Assembly: GCA_020137815.1 (NCBI GenBank)
Contig: CM035361.1
Location: 1,302,001-1,366,000, forward strand
Direction: 5' to 3'
DNA length: 64,000 nt
Origin: Hormiphora californensis
Taxonomy: Eukaryota; Animalia; Ctenophora
Part shown: positions 1-37,389 of the stretch, one piece after another
Position numbering within the stretch: the stretch's first letter is position 1
Layout: every line of letters begins with the position of its first letter
Position numbers and translations under genes: made by a program
The notes under the pieces: model-generated
Seen by the model: only the letters and a program-made list of their open reading frames with translations
The model's database searches: none
What the model was told of the DNA's origin: nothing

Positions 1-1061
1 ACCTCTGTCTGCACTGTTTTGAGACTGCATTTTTGGCCCCCCACTGCGACAAACCCAGGGATCAACCCGAGATAGTGTGACAGACTGAGACAGACAACCT
101 GTGACAGATTAACTGACGACCCCCGGACAAAACAACAAAACATCAAAGGGGTTGTGGGCTATTTTTTGGGGAAAAGGTAATCTTAACTATTTCCCCTCCT
201 TCTAAAATATTACCCCTCCTTCCAAACTATTTCCCCTCCTTATAATATATGTCTTCTCCCCTTCGGTGCCTCTCAATATAATTTAAATGCGATGAAACCC
301 CGATGAAACACGTGATAGAATTATTTTAGAAAAAAGAGAGTTTAAAAAAAAGAGAAAAATTTTAAATAAAATGAACAAAAAAGTTAGAGAGGAAAGGGGG
401 TAAAAAAAAAATGATAAAGGGGAATAAATGGTAAACGGAAATGATGAACTTCCAAAATCAATTAATTTAGTTTGTTTCCCCCCTTTTTTTTCTCTCTCTC
501 TCCTTCTCTTTCTTCTTTCCCCTTTTCCTCTCTCTCTCTTTTCTCCTCTATCTCCCTCTTCTCTCTTCTTTTCTCTCTCTCTCTCTCTCCCTCTCTCTCT
601 CTCTTCTCTCCCCCTCCTCTCCTTCCCCCTAAACTCCTCCTCCTTTTTCTCTCTCTCTCCCCTCTCTCTTCTTCCCCCTCTCTCTTCCCCCCCTCGTTTC
701 CCCTTCCCTTTTCTTTTGTTATATATTGCGGTTAACTAAATGAAGATCGGCCATTAAATTAGTAACCGCTTTAAAACAGTTATTTTGTTGTTGTCAGTGT
801 ATTATTTTCCTTACTAAAAGACTTCTTAATCTCCATTCTGGATGCCATCTAGCCGAGATCAACACCAGCACTCTCTTCCTGGTGTTCCCTAATTATTATT
901 GTATGCGATAGAGAGATGTCTTTGACCCTGAGCTTGTAGGACCATTGTAAAATTTTGAGACATACTGTAAATCTTTGGTTTTCACTGCTTGAAATTTTGA
1001 TTTCAAAACTCAAAAAAGGGAAAAGTTTTATTTACTTTGGAAAATTTGGGGGAAACTAAGG

Positions 1062-1748
1062 GCCAAGATACGGGAAAAATGTGACGTGAAATGGAGCTAC
1101 TTTTAAATTTTAACTAGGGAAAGTTTTTACTGAAAATTTTTATGAAGGAGTCAAAACTTTATCCCAATTCATTCTCATTTTGATTTTTTGTCTACTGATG
1201 ATTTGGGGGCCTCCTTTGTGGGGCACCATGAAAATGTGTATAGGGCCTTAAAAAAATGCTGTTGTTTTTAAATTTTTAAAAAACTCTCGCCGGCTTTTAA
1301 ACCCCCCGTTTGAGCTTTTCTTTTTGATTTCGGCCCCAAAGGGGCAGGATATCTATCTTTTTCCTCATCTACTAAACTTTGCTATAATGCAAAGCTCCCT
1401 CAATTTATTTGTGGTTGAGCTCTCTTGTGGATCTGAGGACACGTACGACGTCTGGTTTTTGAGGAACAATGATCAAAATGGAATACAGATTACACACTCC
1501 AAGAAAGGGAAATGGTTGATGTACTTGAAAACTGGGGAATCTAGAGGTCCAAGATACGAAGATGTGACGTGAAATGGAAACTACTAATTCTAACTAGGAA
1601 AAGTTTGACTGACTGTTTTTTATGAAAGGGGTCATACTTTATCCAATTCATTCTCATTTTGATCTTTGTCTACTGATGATTGGTGCCTCCTCGTGGGGCA
1701 CCATGAAACATGTGTATAGACCTTAAAAACTGCTGTTGTTTTTAATTT
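1062..1748. repeat. Local tandem duplication: ~200 bp at ~1062-1270 is a homopolymer-noisy copy of ~1545-1748
   Basis: Both copies share caagatacg..atgtgacgtgaaatgga..actttatcc(c)aattcattctcattttgat..tgtctactgatgat..gtggggcaccatgaaa..tgctgttgttttta. The first copy differs mainly in homopolymer lengths, so it may be an assembly artefact. Confidence 0.7.
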
Positions 1749-1750
1749 GG

Positions 1751-2463
1751 TATCACTGCTTGTACAACTTATAACACTGCCCAGTGTTATAAGTTCTGAC
1801 TTATAACACTGGGCAGTGTTATAAGTTGTACAAGCAGTGCTATAACACCGCTGTACTTAGAACTCCTCACTCAATGTTTCTGTCACACTTAGAAAGAAAA
1901 AGCGTGTACGAACTCTCTCTTTTCTCTTCTTTATGTCACACTCACGAGCCGCTTGCAGCATCGATATCAAGATAACAGTTACGAACTCCCGGACCCACCC
2001 TCCCACACATTCTTTATCTCTCTCACTGTCACTAATCTCTCACTCTCTTTACCTATTATATATCTCAGGCGTTATCTTATCTTATACTGATATCTCTGCC
2101 TGCTACCTTAAATCATGAATTCGTTCTATTGTTACGCCCCCTAAGTGTCTCTCACTCTTGTTTTCAAAATTTTACAAAGCAATTTTATTATGCCTATTTT
2201 CGTTGTACCTGACGTCAACAATAATGTCCCAGATTCTTACAACTTTTTAGACCTCGCAGGCTGGTCAAAAAGTAAAAACTACATCACTCGCAGGCTCGTG
2301 AGGTAGTTACACTTAGTGGCACTCGCAGGCTCGTGCACTAAAGTACAAGAATCTGCCTCGACCTGTGGTCTCGGATCATTATTGTTGCACTTATAACACT
2401 CGACCTTCGGTCTCGTGTTATAAGTTTTCAGGTACAACTTATAGGCATAATAAAATCCTACAT
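1751..2463 (+). mobile_element. Non-autonomous hairpin-module element (possibly Helentron/HINE-like), copy 1
   Basis: Near-identical to the reverse complement of 27987-28722. Starts with a ~92-bp foldback built from acttataacac..gtgttataagt modules. Has an internal CT tract and another module hairpin at ~2389-2424. Confidence 0.7.
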
Positions 2464-3380
2464 TATATAGTTCAGTTAGGGCCATCTCTATCTATCATTG
2501 TCTCAAGAACTATATACTTGACGGCTGTTATACACACCCGACTAGCTCTCCAAAAGAACAAGTGTATACCACTGGCCTTGTGCAAGAAAGAATCATTTCT
2601 TAGAGCTTGTTCAATCCAGCCTTTCTGTAACGAGTTACTGCTCCTACTAGTTTATAAGAGTTCTAGAGAGTAGAGCTCCCAACCTGCTGTGTCATGTGGC
2701 TCACACCGTCATTTTATATCACGCTCTGTGAGGGTAGATCAACTAAGCTGTACCTCCGGTGTTTCTGTACCATCTCTCTCTCTCGTCTCTTGGTTCTATG
2801 TCTTCTAATGGTTATTTCAGCGTGCCTGAATCTAGAGCTCTGTAGAAAGGTTTCTCACTGCCCAACCCTGCACTGCCCAACCCTATACTGTTTGTGTCCA
2901 TGAACGTCCCGAGCTGAGCTGCATGAACCTTGTTTTGTCACGTCTTTTCAGTGTCTTCTGTGCGGGGAAGGGGAAAAAAAAAGGAAAGGGGGGGGGGAAA
3001 AAATGGGGGGAAAAAAGGGGGGGGGGGCCCCCCCCAAAAAACAGGGGGGGGGGGGGGGGGGCCCCCCCCCAAAAAAAAAAAAAAAATCCTCTTTTCTCCC
3101 TCTTCTCTTCTCTTTTCCCCTCTTTCTTCCCCCCTCTTTTCCCTCTTCTCTCTGTTTTTTTTTCTTTTTTTTCCCAGCGTTGAAACATTATTTCCTTTTT
3201 TAAAATAAGGAAGGGAAAAAGGGGGGAAAAGGGAGGAAAGGGAAAGGAGGAAGGGGAGGAAAAAGAGAGAGAAAAGGAGAGAAGAAGGAGAAAAGGAGGG
3301 GGGAAAAAGGGGGGGAAAATGGGATAAAGACGTTTATGAAAAAAACAGACAGGTTACTTTTTTTCATTTGTTTTTTCTAG

Positions 3381-5960
3381 ATCAAAGCTCCCCATATAAT
3401 AACCAATTATACTTGGTAGCAAACTCAGTTGTTGTTTCTCTCTTTCTTTCTTTCTCTCCTTTCACCTTCTTCCCCTCTTTTACTCTCTCCTTTTATTCCT
3501 CCAACTCTTTCTATATCGCCCTCTTTCCCCCTTTCTAAATTTGACAGTGTTTTTTTCCGTCCCCCCCCTGAAAAAACCAAAAATTGAAACATATTTTCAG
3601 GAGGGAGATAGAGAGAGAAGAGTAGAAGAGAGAGAGAGAAGAGAGAGGAGAGAGAGGGGAAAAAAGGGGAAGAGGAGAAAAGAGAGAGAGAAAGAGGAGA
3701 GGGAGAGAGGAGGGGAGAGAAAGAGAGAGAAAGAGATAGAGAAAGAGAGAGCTAAGAGTAATGCTTGTCTCATGAATCCCTAGGTGGTTTTTCGTTATGT
3801 TTTACACTTGCCCACGCCCCACAGTTGAGAACATTTTTCAGAATTACTTATTCAATAAATAAACATTAATTCCGTTCGATTACTTTCAATTTAATCCCAA
3901 TCCTCTCTCCCCCCATGTTCAGAGTGAGATCCTCCTAGAGGACCCATCAGCTCCGCCTATTGTAGACGTCACCTCAATCGACCAACATCAGCAGCCCATC
4001 TTCCAACAAATATCTAACCAGGTACTGTGATGACGTCATCAAAGAGATCGTGACGTCATCATAGAGATCGTGACGGCATTTTGTGATGACGTCATTCATG
4101 TTTACTAGTGTAGTTCCCGAAGTAGAACATGATACGATTGTACTCAAATTTGTTCTTAGTAACTTGAGTGCAAGGCAAGAAGAGTAACTGATCAGTTCCT
4201 TCTTGCCCGACCCTCCCCCCCCCCCCCAATATTTGTAAAGGAGGGTTAGGAAATAACACCCCCCCCCCCAGGAAGAGGATACTATCGACATAATGAACAC
4301 CCATCCTTACTACGCACCTAACAACCCCCGTTACCAACAGATTTACCCAACTTGCACTCTTGCTGGTCTCCCAGGGACAGAATCAGGTAAGAACCGTGTT
4401 GTTAGAACCTGAATGTGTTAATACCCTCTTTCTTGCCTTTAATCCGGTCTTCCCAAAATTTTAACCTATCATGTAGTTCCCTTTTATTTTGTTTTGGGAA
4501 AATTTTAAATTTGTTTGAAATTTAAAGCGATTAATTAATTTATTGTTTTTAAACAAAAATTGACTATTGTAATACTTTTACTATGGACGCCACAACGAAC
4601 CTTCAAAAATTTAAAAAAGATCTGAACTCCGTATACGGTTTTCTTTTAAACGAAAGGTCATAAGATGATTTAAAGGGGTATTTTAGAGAGGTCACATTCT
4701 TCCGATACAGCAGGATTTAACTTTTAAGGCATGCCCGCTGGCTTACAAGATTGTTCGAGGAACGCCCCTAGGGATTGTTTTGGGTTGGTACCTAGGGATG
4801 AGGAATATGGATCACTGAGGATGACGAGGGCTACAACTGTTCCAGACTTTTTCCGGCTAAAATATCCCAAACTGTCCAGTATCAATGCAAACTCGAAGTT
4901 GCGTCGAAGAAGACTTTCGGTGTTTCTTCCTGACGTATGGAATGATCTCCCCCTTGAGCTCAGATCAGTTCATCCTGTTGATCTGTTTAAGACAAGACTA
5001 AAGACAAGGTTATTTCAGGAGGCATTCGGATCTGCTTCAGAGTTGTAATCGGAGGTGGCCTATCCTTCCCCTTTCCCGTGTCGAGCAGACAATTCTAGCA
5101 TAGCAATTCCTTACTATTTCCCTTCCTAGGGCTATTATAGCAGGGGGGCTGCTGATGCAGTTGAGCTGACTTTTGTTTGTAGCATGAGGGCTGCTGGCTC
5201 TGTTTCTTTATCCAGATTTATAGTCTGTTATTTAATTGCAGCTAACAAGTTGTTTTTCCAGAAGTTTATGTGTCCCGTTTTTCCTTAGGCTTTTTTCAAT
5301 TTTTTGGAGTATATAATCAATAGATGTGTCTATTTTGTTCTAAGTGAGTCAGGATACTAACAATCTTGGTGTACCGCTCTGAATCTGGGCAGTGTTGGAC
5401 TCATGTCAATGATCCAGCCCTGTCTGGACTGAGCGGTATACTAAAAACCCTTTATTATTATTATTATTATAATTAATTAACTCAATTTCAGAACCTAAGT
5501 AGAGAGGAGGAAGAGAAAAGGAGGATAAGAAGAGAAAGGAATAAGGTGGCAGCAACGAAATGCCGTGAAAAGAGGAAGGCACACAGTGTGTTTGTTCGGC
5601 ATGAATACTCCAGGGTTAGTGGTTTAGGTTGATATAATGATATCACAGCGCTGGCAAGCGACCAGGACAACCCTACCTCCCCCAATCTCATATTTTCTGT
5701 ATAAGACTGTAAGATTTTGGTTTTTTAGGCATAAACAATTTTTGAGAAGCCTTCAATATTTTGTCATTATCTCATTGGTTTTTTCGCCTGAGGTTTGAAC
5801 TAAAGTGTCATGTTTTAATTCGAACTTTTCAGCCACACCCGCTTTGCTGCAAGTGCAACCTCCTAAGTGTTTTAACCAAATTTGCTCTGATAGAAAAATG
5901 GTGACAGAGACGGAGAGGAGGGGTGCTCCTAAGATTCATTAAAAAAATGCGAAGAAGAGT

Positions 5961-6032
<72 letters not shown>

Positions 6033-6132
6033 ATTAGGCCTGGCTTCTCTGTAAATGCAGGTGTTTCTCTGCGTTTCCGCTTCCAAGATATTATCTGGGT
6101 GTGTGCAGCCATTTTACACAAGCACAACATAT

Positions 6133-6222
<90 letters not shown>

Positions 6223-7189
6223 GCTTTCTCTCTCTCTCTCTCTCTCTCCCTCTCTCTCTCTCCATCCTCTTCTCTCTATGGCCCGTTCAAAAAATAACAA
6301 GCGCTACCGGAAACTTGTCCTTTTAAAACAGGCCCAACAAGTGGGTCTAGCTCTTCAACCGGAAACGGAGTAGTCCACAAAGTTTAAACTGGCCACAAAC
6401 CCGATTAAATTTGTGTTCAGTGGGCCCTCTTGTAACTAACCTGCAGCCAGATTTAGGGCCTAATTTTAGGGTCTAATGCACGTGGTAAACGATTTACCCC
6501 CCACCCGGAAAATACTATTGACCCTAAAAATAAACCACCTCCCTATCTCCTATCTTTATCCCATGTCCCCTGCCCTCCTGGCCCTCCCCTAATCCAAATC
6601 TCCTCACTACTATATCCCATATCCCCTCCCCTCTCCTAATCCCCCATCTTTATCCCCTGCCCTCCTGGCCCTCTCACTCTCTTAATCCCCATCCCCCTGT
6701 GCAGGTAACAGAACAAACCAAGAAGCTAGAAGAGCAGATAATGTGCCTAAAAAGGGAGCGAGATGAGCTCAGTAGGTTACTTGATACCCATGAGTGTGCC
6801 AATCCGTCCCTGGGTGGGTCACAGGGGGCCAACATGTATCATCAACATCCCCAACAGCAGCAGCAGCAGCAACAGCAAGCACCCATCTTAATGCAGTAAG
6901 TTGGAAATCAGATGATCAAAATTAGTACTAGTGTAATAATACTCGAATTTGTGCTGTCTATCTGTCATACTTCTCGGTCATGACCTGTCAGAGCATTTGC
7001 CTGACCCATTCTCGTCAGCGCGAGAACTGTGGTCAGAGCATTGGCCTGACAGGCCATGACTATAATTTTCGGTCTGTCTAAAAACGTTTCATCGATCTAT
7101 ATCTAACCCCATCTCTCCCTTTCAGTCCAGGACCTATGCTGGGAACGACGCTCACTGACCTGTTCATCAAGACAGAACCCCACTACTAG
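3381..7189 (+). CDS. Fos/ATF3/BATF-family bZIP transcription factor (5' end unresolved)
   Basis: Exons: 3381-3415 (tentative), 3923-4021, 4272-4386, 5492-5614 (NLSREEEEKRRIRRERNKVAATKCREKRK, basic region), 6705-6895 (LEEQIMCLKRERDELSRLLDTHEC zipper plus poly-Q), 7126-7189 (..LFIKTEPHY*). All GT-AG. The phase mismatch between 4386 and 5492 implies a small indel or a missed micro-exon. Confidence 0.88.
4031..4094. promoter_or_regulatory. Cluster of CRE/ATF palindromes (TGACGTCA) in a bZIP-gene intron
   Basis: TGACGTCA at 4031-4038, 4051-4058 and 4087-4094; TGACGGCA at 4071-4078. The first three sites are spaced exactly 20 bp apart. Confidence 0.55.
4560..5470 (+). mobile_element. 5'-truncated L2/CR1-group LINE (RT C-terminus, 3' UTR, (TTA)n tail)
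   Basis: ORF 4731-5048 ends in VWNDLPLELRSVHPVDLFKTRLKTRLF, the typical L2/CR1 ORF2 C-terminal motif. Degenerate DYCN-like start near 4560. (TTA)n tail at ~5452-5470, immediately before the acceptor of the bZIP basic-region exon. Confidence 0.8.
5960..6265. repeat. (GA)n and (CT)n microsatellites facing each other in a bZIP intron
   Basis: (GA)n at ~5960-6029 and (CT)n at ~6138-6262. Confidence 0.9.
6975..7060. repeat. Short dispersed hairpin repeat; reverse-oriented copy at ~56752-56846
   Basis: cctgtcagagcatttgcctgacc..gagaactgtggtcagagcattggcctgacagg matches the reverse complement of 56752-56846. A fragment is present near 51004. Confidence 0.6.
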
Positions 7190-7611
7190 CTATGATTCAA
7201 TCCAGCTCAGTACCCCACTAATAGCTCAACTCAACCTGTATAGGACCGCTTCTTCTTTGAGGCCGTCTCCACAGTGGTTGAGATTAAGGGATGGGACCTG
7301 CATAGGACCTGACATTTTGAGTGGAGTCACGAGGCTCTGCGATCACAACACCCAGATCTACTGTACCAGTGATGCTGCACTGTAGCTCCTTTGCACTTGC
7401 TGCAGCAGCCATCAGAGTGAAAGAGAGAGAAACAAAACTGTCTCTTATAAGATGGCCATGGACTGAGATCTGTTACCCCGTGTGTCTGATATATAATTCA
7501 TTGCTACTATGTAGCGTGGAATAAACCATATTGAACTTGATGGGCAAAAGGAGCTGTTAGAGTCAACTTGCCATGCTCAACCCTCTCACCGCACGTAAGC
7601 AGGGGTTAGAG

Positions 7612-7720
7612 CAGGAACCGACCGAATCAGGAAATACTGGTCCCTGATTGGCTGATAACCAGTCAGGTAACCTAAATAACGAGCTCTGATTGGTTGTTTA
7701 CTTGTTTCGGTCGGTTCCTG
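7612..7720. mobile_element. 109-bp MITE, hAT-like, probably in the bZIP 3' UTR
   Basis: TIR caggaaccgaccgaa..ttcggtcggttcctg. 8-bp TSD ggttagag / ggttggag (1 mismatch). Confidence 0.8.
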
Positions 7721-8499
7721 GGTTGGAGCAAGTGTCAGCCCGACTTACTTTTGTTTAATCAGATCAATTACTATCAAAACCATGTGTGTGTAAAAAGAGA
7801 AATGGCCGATTTGATAGATCTTTATACTGCGATGCATTGCAAATGAGAGAAGTTCTATATTAATCGTATCTATATTCTATAGGCTGTCCGCGGTCTGACT
7901 ACTCTCGTCTCTCTACCACATAGGCGAAGGGAACGGGATATGGTCAGTGCGGTGACTAGCAATCTTTAGGGCCTGTTTAGGAGATATTGTACGATTCCAA
8001 GATCCCAATATTTTTTGTCCGGGTCATTAAATTAACAAACATATATATTTGAAAATCCAGACTGCGTTCTGACTAAATATTGAAATAAAACTGACAGCAT
8101 GTATTTCGTTTTTGTAGTTTTTGTGTTTGTGTATATTATATAGCTCAGCTAAGTAAACTAATTTAATTATTGTGTGTTTCAAATCTAAAATTAAAGCTTT
8201 CGTGTGTGTTTGAATTCATTTGACTGAAGTATTCAAGTTTTGGTAAACGATTGTGTTTTGAATTTGTTAAAAACTTGTTTGGTTTGGTCCAAAAAGATAC
8301 TTTTTCTTAACTTGCCTTGTTCGACCCCCTCTCTTAACACCATGAAGGTTTGAACAAAACAAGCAGTAACCACTAACCACTCCAATAAAATCAATTCTTA
8401 AAGACCAAACCAAACAAACAGCACAAAAGTGCAATATTGTGTCAGTTCTGAATGGCTGGCTGTCATGTCTATTGTCTGTCAAGTCATCACATTTTTGTC

Positions 8500-9300
<801 letters not shown>

Positions 9301-9685
9301 TAGTGTAGCGGTCTTTCAAACTGTCAGTGCCATTGTTTGACCGATTGCCATTGACTCAAACACCCGTACCGTTACATTTGCAGTACTCAATCTTCAGTTT
9401 TGTGTGTTCTTTCTGTGAAGTATGAGGCTGATTGGTTACGAAATAACCGAGCGACCTTCGCGCGCGCTGGCAAGGGGTAACTTCGTAACCAATGAGGCCG
9501 AAGGATATAACAGATTTTAGGAAATCAGTAAAAAGTTGAGCGTCAGAGGCTTATTAAATTTCTGTAGCTTTCAACATTCGCCAATCCATCATATTTGATG
9601 ATTTCTTTCTCTCTCACTTTCCCCACATATCACTATTTCTGTCCCCTTCCCTCTATCTCTCTGTTTCTCAGTTTTTGGATCTGTC

Positions 9686-33184
<23,499 letters not shown>

Positions 33185-33717
33185 AAGCCAAGTTTTTGTG
33201 AGACTATTATATTGAACTAAGTGTTGGGTGTGATGTGATTATCTGTTGCAATGTGATGGACAATATTTGACCCAAAACAGACAGTTATGAACTTTGTTTG
33301 AGAGACTCACTTCAAACAATTTTGTTTCATGTTCTTTCACGCAAAAAATGTTAATTTATTGTTTCGCTGGTTGAAAATTATTTTGTTGTTTGGTTTTACA
33401 AACTATGCTTTCCCAAAATCAGCTCTTTTTTATTTTTACAACTGCGTAAAAATTCAAAATTCACTTTTTCTGTGGTGTGTGGTGTCATGAGTTATATCAT
33501 GGGGGTCATGAGGGTATGACTGCATGTAGTTGATCTCAATAAGTGAGATAGAGCTGAGAGAGAGGCAGCTCTGAGAGAGAGGCAATCTAGCGAAGGGGGG
33601 CACTTATATATTAGTATTTAATTTGCTTATTAAACCACGGGATGCGAGAAATGTAGCCAATAAAAAAGAAGAGAAAGATAAGTATTAGATTGAGAGAGGG
33701 ACAAAAATAAAGAGGGC

Positions 33718-34748
<1,031 letters not shown>

Positions 34749-35777
34749 CATGTTCATACATTGCGACCTTGTTAAACAGCTAGCTCGTCTACAGACAATG
34801 TTATTCTGATTTGCTGCCAAAGATCCCGTTTTGTAATCCAATCTTCCAAGCTTCCATGTAGTTCATAGTAACTTGACCGATCCGGGTGATTTAGGAAGTT
34901 TGGAACAGCCTAGCTGTCAATCTGTATATGAAAATTGAAACTGTTATACATGTGCTTATTGATTGGATTGAAGTTGTGGCTCCCTCTAATATATCGCTCT
35001 AGAGCCGTTGAAGTTGAAACTACTAGTAGGATAAATGCGCCACTAACACTTCGTAGTTAAATTGCTTGAACCACCATGATATGATTTTATGTTGGTTATT
35101 TTAAATATTTATATGGCGTGTTATGTGTATTTTATACTGGCTGCTGGTTGTTAGGCTTTTAATTGCCATGTAATTGTGTTAAAGCTTAGTGATACGTATA
35201 GACAAATAGAGAGAAATAGAGATAGATAGAGATAGAGAGGGGGAAAGGAGAGAAGAAGAAAAATGAATAGAGAGAGAAGGAAAGAGTGTATGGGAGACAG
35301 AGATTTGTAGAGAGCATTGACAAGATTTGCCAATTTTTGCCATTTTTGTTTTTCCAGATTAATTAGCTCGTCATTGCAGTATTTCAAAATCCCGGCCTCA
35401 TAAATATAGAACTTCTGATCTTTTATGTATTTTATCCAGTCGACTATTGAATCACTGCAAGTTATAGCTTCTTTTATAGTTGTATTATGAATTCCGTTTA
35501 TTGGGGTGTGTTTTAACAAATGCAATGAAGAAGTAAAGACTGTCTGCTAGAAAAAGAATACCCTCGTGAAACCTATTGAAATCAGTTATTGATATTCTTT
35601 ATAAACTACTCTCCATATTCCATAAACTATTCTCTATAAACTATGATTGTATTTGTTGTATGCGTTCTATTAATTTGTTTTAGGAAATGAACAGATAACT
35701 TGATGATGAGGGGACTGACGATTCTCTTGGTGGTCTTCCAAACAGTCAATACTCGAGTTGAAAAGGTAAGAATTAGT

Positions 35778-35821
35778 TTGGTGACATAGACACCTGGCGC
35801 GCCAGGTGTCTATGTCACCAA
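35778..35821. mobile_element. 44-bp perfect palindromic mini-MITE with 9-bp TSD
   Basis: ttggtgacatagacacctggcgcgccaggtgtctatgtcaccaa flanked by agaattagt on both sides. Confidence 0.75.
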
Positions 35822-37389
35822 AGAATTAGTTAACATAAGTAAACCTTAATCTATAAAGCATCTCAATCCCATCCATTTGCAAGTTCTCAAAGTGTTTTGC
35901 ATCTGGTCTATAAGCTGATGAAAGATTGGGCGCGGTATCACTATGATTTATCAAAGAGGTACATTAGACGTGTTAAAACATTCCAATAGTTCATTGGAAT
36001 TCCAATATATAGTTGTTCCAGTGAATCAAATGTCATGCAAGGGTAGTCTTCCGTATAGTCTTGAATCTCAGCCGAGCTAGTACAAACTTTATTAGTTTTT
36101 TTTAGATCAAATATACAATAATCAAGTTCATGAATATTTTATCCATGTTTCTTGTACAACTTGGTGAAGAGAATTCGAAGAGAAGACTTCTTCTCCAACT
36201 AGAAGTGGCTAATTGTTGTTGACAAGCACTTAGGACTCACTCATATTACCAAGTTGTTAATTGGCGGGACGTTCCTTTTGTGGAAGAGAGAGATATATCC
36301 AAGTTGCTACATTTTGTTTCATCTAGTACTTTACATAGCCATTTACAATCAATTTTTCAACTTCCATTGAAAGCTATTTTTGAAAGTTGAAATTAATTAT
36401 GTTGATTGTCGTACTACTATCCTGTTTGGGTGATTTTGTTCACGGTCGTCTTGATAAGCAGATGAAGGATGGATTCACAAGGGTAAGTGTACCTCAAACC
36501 TCGATTAACCTGAGTCTTTAAGGGAGGGGTTTTGGACGAGGTGAAGTCTATGTCTGAGGAATTTAATATCATTCCGGAAAAGCAAGGTCCGATATATTGA
36601 GGCTTGACTGTATCAATTTGGAATTAATTAACCCCCGGACACAAGTGAATAGAAAGTTGTTAATTATAATTAACTGTGTTACGAACTGAATGTGAATGTA
36701 CTATAAAAAAGTTTCTTCAGCTGTTGATTAAGCTTATTATGACAGTTAAAATTTGGTATCAAGAATTGAGGTCACTTTGCTCTCAAACAAGAGAGTCAAT
36801 TTGTATTGTGTGATATTTTGACATGTTTCACGCTGTGTGATATCCATCTCTGTTTTATTTTCAAGTGTGAGAAAATGATAGGCCTGTTATTCCGAATATT
36901 TGATTTACACTTAATGGCAGCCCTTTGACTGGCTTTATATATGATTGTCGTTTTATGTTATATTTTTGGTATATTCTGTGGAAAATTTAAATAGTAAAAA
37001 AATGTAGACATAATTGAGCATTTCTGGGAGACACTTGCTATGAGATCATTATACTGTTAGAAGAAAGGGCTGGTCTCAGTGACTAGGTTATTAGCTTCGC
37101 TCCATGTTGGCTTCATTTTCGTTACCAAATTGTTTTCTTCCAACTTAATTAGTTTGTGGCAATTATCACGGGTCAATTGCCGCATGATAATCATGAACAC
37201 ACATACCCTGCCTCAATCTACTACTGCTAATTAGAGTGGCTATATGTAGAGTGGATTTGTATGGCGATCATTTCCTAGTTGTATCGGGCTAGGATTGTGT
37301 GATTGTAAGAGCTTTTGTTATTGGAATTTCTAATCCAAGAATTGAAGTTCAATCAGACCTTTGATACCTAGTATAGCGTCCCAGAAGAT

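Noticed and set aside
2960-3330. G/K/P/F-rich ORFs and mirror G/C runs
   Set aside because: Homopolymer-garbled low-quality consensus. Similar stretches at ~320-720, 3540-3750 and 10020-10500.
35680-36485. Possible small gene (MMRGLTILLVVFQTV.. exon with gtaag donor and further exon-like segments)
   Set aside because: Could not build a phase-consistent, stop-free model or recognise a domain. May be a degenerate gene or UTR exons; needs RNA-seq.
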